DNA of 64,000 nucleotides from an uncultured Verrucomicrobiae bacterium (lineage in GTDB: Bacteria; Verrucomicrobiota; Verrucomicrobiia; Chthoniobacterales; JAFAMB01), in the NCBI GenBank assembly GCA_963762565.1, contig CAVXLD010000001.1, forward strand, positions 832,001 to 896,000, in the 5' to 3' direction. This document shows positions 58,144-64,000 of this stretch, piece by piece (position 1 is the first letter of the stretch; every line of letters begins with the position of its first letter). Both the position numbers and the translations under genes were made by a program. The notes below the pieces were generated by a model. The model did not search any database and was not told the origin of the DNA. It was given only the letters and a program-made list of their open reading frames with translations.

Positions 58144-58914
58144 TCACTTCTCATCTTTCTTGAAATACGGCGCAAACAAATCAATCGGAATCGGCAGAAA
58201 CGTGGTGGTATTATGTTCACTGGAGATCTCTTTCATCGTTTGCAGATACCGAAGTTGCAGAGCAATCGGCTGAGCCGAGATCATCGCTGCGGCTTGCACC
58301 AGTTTTTCGGCGGCTTGAAATTCTCCTTCGGCGCTAATGATCTTGGCCCGGCGTTCTCGTTCAGTTTCTGCTTGTCGGGCCATAGCCCGCTTCATCCCAT
58401 CCGGTAAAACGACGTCTTTGACTTCTACACCCGTGACTTTGATACCCCAGGGATCCGTATGCCGATCAATGATCTCCTGCAAGGTGAGATTGATCTTGTC
58501 CCGTTGAGCCAAGAGTTCATCGAGTTCTGCCTGGCCTAGAACACTCCGCAAGGTGGTTTGAGAAATTAGGGACGTGGTTCTGAGATAGTTCTCGACACGA
58601 ACTACAGCTGCTTCCGGAACAACCACTCGGAAATAAACGACGGCATCGACCGTGATAGGAACATTATCCCGAGTCATCGCCTCTTGCCTGGAGACATCAA
58701 TCGTGACGACCCTTAGGTCTATTTTCACCATCCGATCCACGATCGGGATGAGCAGGATCAATCCGGGTCCCTTTGTGCCCAACAATTTTCCTAACCGAAA
58801 AATCACGCCCCGCTCATACTCCCGCAGAATTCTCACCATTTGCGGCAGCAGGATTAGCCCGATAACAATCAGGGCAACGATCCAAGCGAACAATACAGTG
58901 AATGTTTCAAACAT
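58144..58914 (-). CDS. Slipin / SPFH (band 7) family protein
   Basis: [47 protein letters not shown]. Confidence 0.95.
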   Translation of the reverse strand: MFETFTVLFAWIVALIVIGLILLPQMVRILREYERGVIFRLGKLLGTKGPGLILLIPIVDRMVKIDLRVVTIDVSRQEAMTRDNVPITVDAVVYFRVVVPEAAVVRVENYLRTTSLISQTTLRSVLGQAELDELLAQRDKINLTLQEIIDRHTDPWGIKVTGVEVKDVVLPDGMKRAMARQAETERERRAKIISAEGEFQAAEKLVQAAAMISAQPIALQLRYLQTMKEISSEHNTTTFLPIPIDLFAPYFKKDEK

Positions 58915-58916
58915 GA

Positions 58917-60200
58917 CTAGACTTTAGGAGTTACCTTAGCGGTTAATCCTTCGATCGCTCGGATTAATACGGCTTCCCCCATTTTTACCGGAACTTCACT
59001 GACAGCATTCCAATATTCTCCTTCAAAAAGCATTTTACCTCCAGAAACATCTATTGCCGTCAAAGCGCTGCCAGTTTTTCCGATCATGGTTTCTTTTCCC
59101 GTTTTTACCGGTAGTCGTTGTGCGCGAACACCCTTGCCTACTACCAGCACAAAAAAGGCGGCTGTGAGTACCACTCCCGGAATAATGTATTGCAGTGAAA
59201 GCCGAAAGACCGGGTCCCTGGGATCGAATAACATCAGAGAACCGATGAAAAAAGATATTATGCCGCCGGCGGTTAAGACGCCATGGGTTGGGGCGTAGAC
59301 ATCGATAATAAACAGCGCCACTGCGGTAGCAATCAGAAGCAAACCAGTGACGCTAACCGGGAGAGCAGCAGCCATATACAGGGCGAGCAATAATGCAATA
59401 GCGCCGGCTACACCGGGAAGAATCGCCCCCGGAGTCGTGATCTCTCCGATGATTCCGTACATGGCCACTAGCAAGAGTAGAAACATGACCTCCGGCCGCC
59501 AAGCAGCCTGAAAGATCGATTCTGCTGCCGACATTTTGATTTCTGCGATCTGTGCGCCGGCGGTCTTTAGCGGTTTATCGTTTACGATTCGCCCGTCCAG
59601 TTGCCGTAATAAATCGTCCAGCGTCGGCGCGATAATTTCGACCACTTTCAGTTCGAGCGCTTTCTCAGAAGTAATGGAAGCGCTGTCCCGCACGGCGGTT
59701 TCCGCCCAGGCCACATTCCGGCTCCGCTTCGCCGCGATAGCCTGAATATAACTAACCGCAAAGTTCTCCACTTTCTTAGTCATCGTGGGATCGGACTTGG
59801 AATCCTGGCTACCCGTTAACCCTAACGAAACCGGATGGGCAGCGCCGATCGTGGTAGCCGGCGCCATGGCCGCGATATCCGCAGCCAAAGTAATAAAACA
59901 ACCGGCGCTAGCTGCTGTGCCTCCGGTCGGAGAAACGTAAACAACGACGGGAATCGGCGATCCTAACAGCTTCTGCACAATGTGCTCCATTGAATCCAGT
60001 AGACCACCCGGAGTATTCAGCCTGATAATCAAACACTGGCTATTTTGGCGAGCAGCTTCATCGACAGCTCTGGAGACATAACTAGCGGTTGCGGGACCAA
60101 TCGCACCATCAACGGTAATCAAAGAAACAGTCTCACTCGTAGCTAGAGCCGGAACTAGGCTCAGCCAGAACAAGGCCGCTAAACCCGCCAACTTGGTCAT
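58917..60200 (-). CDS. nfeD: NfeD membrane-bound serine protease (long form)
   Basis: [28 protein letters not shown]-terminal OB-fold GEYWNA; paired with slipin. Confidence 0.92.
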   Translation of the reverse strand: MTKLAGLAALFWLSLVPALATSETVSLITVDGAIGPATASYVSRAVDEAARQNSQCLIIRLNTPGGLLDSMEHIVQKLLGSPIPVVVYVSPTGGTAASAGCFITLAADIAAMAPATTIGAAHPVSLGLTGSQDSKSDPTMTKKVENFAVSYIQAIAAKRSRNVAWAETAVRDSASITSEKALELKVVEIIAPTLDDLLRQLDGRIVNDKPLKTAGAQIAEIKMSAAESIFQAAWRPEVMFLLLLVAMYGIIGEITTPGAILPGVAGAIALLLALYMAAALPVSVTGLLLIATAVALFIIDVYAPTHGVLTAGGIISFFIGSLMLFDPRDPVFRLSLQYIIPGVVLTAAFFVLVVGKGVRAQRLPVKTGKETMIGKTGSALTAIDVSGGKMLFEGEYWNAVSEVPVKMGEAVLIRAIEGLTAKVTPKV

Positions 60201-60429
60201 CGCATTCGAGGTTCTCCGGAAGTCTATCACGGGTTCAACGGAATGCGAAACTTGGTAGGGCGAGGCATCCTAAGATACGCAACCTTGGTGGGGCGAGGCT
60301 CCTGTATAACCCAAGCCTCTTCGCGAAGATTTGCGCTGCTCACGACAAATGGCATCCGCTGGACCTTTTCGCTGCCGAGCCGTTCCCAGGACTTCGCAGT
60401 TACAGATCGGTGGCGCGCCCTGGAACGCC

Positions 60430-60733
60430 TGGAGGGGAGCCGCTTTGGCCCGCTGCGAAATGACCGGATGTATCTTCTTGCACGGCGCGAAACGTCCCGA
60501 TCGCAACGCAACAGGCGGCTCCCGGGAACGGCCCCTGACGTATTCTTTACTCGGGTTTTCAGGGGTTTTTAGAATCGTCACCGAACCATGCGATAAAACC
60601 GAGAGCGCCCTTGGTTACATCTTCGCGCTGGGTAATTCCCGGGAGCCGCCTGCTGCACCGCGGTCGGGTTGAGCCGTGTTGATTGACGAACAACAGTCGT
60701 TGACGTTCGATGCGACAAAGCGGCTCCCCTCCA
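60430..60733. mobile_element. REP-derived MITE-like element family C
   Basis: tggaggggagccgctttg ... ggcggctcccggga; tcccgggagccgcc ... caaagcggctcccctcca. Confidence 0.7.
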
Positions 60734-60756
60734 AACGTTGCCGGCACTCGAAACCT

Positions 60757-63711
60757 GTGGCTAGATCTACTGTGCCCCTGCAGCCTGACTGGAACCAACT
60801 CGCATCCGAACTCGACGGTGATCTGTACTTCGATGATTTGATGCGGACGCTCTATGCGACCGACGCTTCTGTCTATCGCGAGATACCGCAGGCAGTCGCT
60901 CTTCCAAAGAACGAAACGGACATCTGTAAGCTCGTGCGATTCGCACACAAAAATCGGACTTCATTGATCCCTAGAACCGCAGGCACATCGTTAGCCGGAC
61001 AAGTCGTGGGGCCAGGGATTGTGGTGGACGTGTCCCGGTATCTGAATCGTATCCTGGAGATCGACCCGGACCGGCGCCGGGTTCGGGTACAGCCCGGGGT
61101 TGTTCGTAACGAGCTTAATCTCGCCCTTGCTCCACATAAGCTCTTTTTTGCGCCAGAAACATCGACCCAGAACCGGGCGATGATCGGCGGCATGGTCGGC
61201 AACAATTCTTGTGGCGCCAACTCGGTGATTTACGGGAGCACCCGAGACCACCTTATTTCCGTGCGGGCAGTGATGAGCGACGCTTCTATCGCCGAATTCG
61301 GCCCGTTGTCCCCGGCCGAGCTAGAGGAAAAATGCGTCGGCAATACGCTGGAGGCGGCGGTCTACCGGCATTTGCTCGACTTGCTCGGCAACAAAGAGAA
61401 CCAGGGCGAAATCGCACGCGAATTCCCCAAACCCTCGATTCATCGCCGCAACACCGGCTACGCGCTCGATTCGTTGGCAAAATGTGCTCCGCTTATTCCG
61501 GACGGTCCACCATTCAATCTTTGCCGGCTGTTGGCGGGCTCTGAAGGGACACTCGCTTTTTCAGTAGAGATAACGCTCGCTTGCGACCCATTGCCGCCCC
61601 CGGTGGCCGCGTTGGTCTGTGTCCACTGCCGCACCATCGATGAAGCACTCAGAGCCAACCTGACTGCTCTGAAATTTAAACCGCGTTCCTGCGAGTTGAT
61701 CGACGATCGGATCCTGGAATGTACCAAATTGAACCTGGAACAACGTCAGAATCGATTCTTTGTGCAGGGTGATCCGGGGGCGATTCTGGCGATAGAGCTG
61801 GCGGGTCCGAACAAGGAAACGGTAACCAACATAGTTGCACAAGTAGAATCGGACCTACGCGCTGCCGGTGAGGGTTACTATTATCCTGTAGTTTGGGGCG
61901 CCGACCAAAACCGCGTCTGGAACCTGCGTAAAGCCGCGCTCGGTCTCCTGTCCAACATACCCGGCGACCGTAAACCAGTTGCGGTCATCGAAGACACCGC
62001 GGTTGATCCTGCCGACCTGCCCGGGTTTGTGGCCGATTTTGACAAGCTTTTGGAGCACCATCGTTTGTCCGCAGTTCATTATGGACATGCTGCATCCGGC
62101 GAATTGCACCTGCGTCCAATCTTGAATCTGAAGACCCCGGACGACCGACGCCTGTTCCGCGCCCTGGCAACGGAAGTAGCGCAGTTGGTCAAACAATATC
62201 ACGGGTCATTGAGCGGCGAGCACGGAGATGGCCGGCTCCGGGGTGAGTTCCTTCCATTCATGGTCGGTAAAAGGAATTACGCTCTGATCCGTTCGATTAA
62301 ACAAAGCTGGGATCCAGAGCGAATTTTGAATCCGGGCAAGATTACAGATACGCCGCCGATGGATACCGGACTTCGTTATGAGCCAGGGCAAACCACTCGG
62401 GAACTGCGGACCGTGCTCAACTTCTCAGCTGCCGGCGGCATCCTGCGAGCAGCGGAACAATGTAACGGATCGGGTGATTGCCGGAAAAGTCATCTCATGG
62501 GCGGGACGATGTGCCCGAGCTTCATGGCCACCCGGAACGAACGAGATACCACCCGGGCCCGAGCGAACATTCTGCGCGAGGTTCTTACTCATTCCAACAA
62601 AGCGAACCCGTTCGAAAGCGACGAAGTGGCGGCGGCCATGGATCTCTGTCTTTCCTGCAAGGGATGTAAAGCCGAATGTCCCTCCAACGTGGACGTAGCC
62701 CGGCTCAAGGCGGAATGGTTGCAGCAGGTTTACGACACCAAAGGCGTACCGCTGCGGTCCCGGATTATTGGTAACTTCTCGACTACGATGAAGGTCGCTT
62801 CCGTTGTGCCAGCCATCTATAACTTTCTGGCAGGCAACCCGGTCACGGCCCCATTGATCAAAGAACTGGCTGGGTTTGCTCCAAAACGTTCGTTGCCTGA
62901 ACTTGGTAAGACCACGGTTCGCCGTTGGTTTCAGCAGAACGCTTCTAAGGGCCGTTCTTTTCCAAACGGACGCGTGTATCTGTTTTGCGATGAATTCAGC
63001 AATTTCAACGACGTGGAGCTCGGGATTAAAGCAGTGCAACTACTTAACCGGCTTGGCTACGAGGTGGTGATTCCCGAGCATTTCGATAGTGGACGCGCTC
63101 AAATCTCAAAAGGATTGCTCCGGGAGGCTCAGCGACTAGCAATCCGTAACGTCGAATTGCTAAAGGACGTCGTCACTAGCGAAACCCCGCTAATTGGAAT
63201 CGAACCGTCCGCCATCTTGGGCTTTAGAGACGAAATACCGGACCTGGTATCGAAGGATCTGATTCCATCGGCCGAAGATCTCGCCAAGAACGCATTGTTG
63301 ATCGACGAATTCATCGCGCGCGAAGCCGATCGAGACCGGATTAAAAGCGACGCATTTATCCAGGCGCCACGCCGTATCAAGCTACACGGCCATTGCCATC
63401 AAAAAGCGCTGAGTTCAGTGGCCGCCACTGTTAAATCGTTGAGTTTACCGGCGAATTACCAGGTAGAAGTCATTCCATCAGGCTGTTGTGGTATGGCCGG
63501 TTCTTTCGGATATGAGAAAGAACATTGGACCGTCTCCCAACAGATCGGTGAGCTAGTTTTGTTCCCGGCCGTGCGTTCGACAACCGCAGATACCATTATT
63601 GCGGCACCGGGCACCAGTTGCCGTCATCAGATCAAGGACGCCACCGGTCGCGTAGCGTTACACCCCGCCGAGATCCTGGCCGACGCACTGGTGAAAAACG
63701 AAGAGGTTTAA
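60757..63711 (+). CDS. FAD-binding and Fe-S-binding oxidoreductase (D-lactate/glycolate dehydrogenase-like)
   Basis: YATDASVY, AGTSLAGQ, GSEGTL, SGEHGDGR, CNGSGDC, CLSCKGCKAECPS, HGHCHQ, GCCGMAGSFG; start uncertain (GTG 60757/60772). Confidence 0.92.
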   Translation: MARSTVPLQPDWNQLASELDGDLYFDDLMRTLYATDASVYREIPQAVALPKNETDICKLVRFAHKNRTSLIPRTAGTSLAGQVVGPGIVVDVSRYLNRILEIDPDRRRVRVQPGVVRNELNLALAPHKLFFAPETSTQNRAMIGGMVGNNSCGANSVIYGSTRDHLISVRAVMSDASIAEFGPLSPAELEEKCVGNTLEAAVYRHLLDLLGNKENQGEIAREFPKPSIHRRNTGYALDSLAKCAPLIPDGPPFNLCRLLAGSEGTLAFSVEITLACDPLPPPVAALVCVHCRTIDEALRANLTALKFKPRSCELIDDRILECTKLNLEQRQNRFFVQGDPGAILAIELAGPNKETVTNIVAQVESDLRAAGEGYYYPVVWGADQNRVWNLRKAALGLLSNIPGDRKPVAVIEDTAVDPADLPGFVADFDKLLEHHRLSAVHYGHAASGELHLRPILNLKTPDDRRLFRALATEVAQLVKQYHGSLSGEHGDGRLRGEFLPFMVGKRNYALIRSIKQSWDPERILNPGKITDTPPMDTGLRYEPGQTTRELRTVLNFSAAGGILRAAEQCNGSGDCRKSHLMGGTMCPSFMATRNERDTTRARANILREVLTHSNKANPFESDEVAAAMDLCLSCKGCKAECPSNVDVARLKAEWLQQVYDTKGVPLRSRIIGNFSTTMKVASVVPAIYNFLAGNPVTAPLIKELAGFAPKRSLPELGKTTVRRWFQQNASKGRSFPNGRVYLFCDEFSNFNDVELGIKAVQLLNRLGYEVVIPEHFDSGRAQISKGLLREAQRLAIRNVELLKDVVTSETPLIGIEPSAILGFRDEIPDLVSKDLIPSAEDLAKNALLIDEFIAREADRDRIKSDAFIQAPRRIKLHGHCHQKALSSVAATVKSLSLPANYQVEVIPSGCCGMAGSFGYEKEHWTVSQQIGELVLFPAVRSTTADTIIAAPGTSCRHQIKDATGRVALHPAEILADALVKNEEV

Positions 63712-63714
63712 TTG

Positions 63715-63849
63715 TCCGCAGATTACGCAGATTTCGTTTAGAGGCCAAGCATCGACAGGGAGACTACGACACGCGCTTCCCGCCGATGCGGCTCCCCTAA
63801 GTCTATCGCGAGATCCGTTGCAAACCGAAATCTGCGTAATCTGCGGATA
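63715..63849. repeat. Inverted 9-mer arrays (CGCAGATTA)
   Basis: tccgcagattacgcagattt ... aaatctgcgtaatctgcgga. Confidence 0.8.
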
Positions 63850-63924
63850 TTTACCTTCTTCGTTTCCTTCTGCGGAGATCCCCTCTGTTCTTAGCCGCGG
63901 CTTTCGGTTATACCTGAGGTCTCT

Positions 63925-64000
63925 ATGTCTGGGAACCCGTTAGTCGCCCATTCCATGCCGGAGCATCAGCGGAAAGGACTGGCATGGTTCGTTGCCGGGG
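63925..64000 (+). CDS. Possible start of a CDS running off the window
   Basis: Open frame MSGNPLVAHSMPEHQRKGLAWFVAG; too short to assign. Confidence 0.3.
   Translation, partial: MSGNPLVAHSMPEHQRKGLAWFVAG

Noticed and set aside
1..64000. Transposase, integrase, tRNA, rRNA or known defence systems
   Set aside because: None recognised by eye; tRNAscan-SE, Rfam and DefenseFinder scans would be needed to exclude them

Overview
Bacterial chromosomal window, roughly 55% GC by eye. Gene content, porin style and dense intergenic repeats suggest a Verrucomicrobiota (Chthoniobacterales/Spartobacteria-like) organism, but this is inference only. Contents: housekeeping genes (HAD hydrolase, ndk, RNA m5U methyltransferase, rpe, tadA, queA, can, nfeD-slipin, FAD/Fe-S oxidoreductase); a LacI-controlled sugar oxidation operon (afr-like reductase, CoA transferase, fused GMC dehydrogenase, enoyl-CoA hydratase, ALDH, GH88, ABC, GMC); a putative secreted RNase toxin/immunity pair coupled to rpe; a partly decayed island of three paralogous AraC modules with carbohydrate porins; and a GH127/AraC/ABC cluster. 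The most striking non-coding signal is a three-copy, two-hairpin RNA element (minus strand, 28809-28889, 33047-33128, 39355-39434). Its two loops (UUUGGGG and UAAGGC) are complementary, in antiparallel order, to two conserved unpaired segments of a covarying, SD-sequestering 5' leader of the LamB-like porin genes. One copy stands alone behind its own AraC-type promoter, suggesting an undescribed sRNA or 5'-3' kissing regulatory system. Many intergenic regions carry inverted arrays of 6-10 nt tandem repeats or REP-derived MITE-like elements. No rRNA, tRNA, CRISPR array or transposase was recognised.
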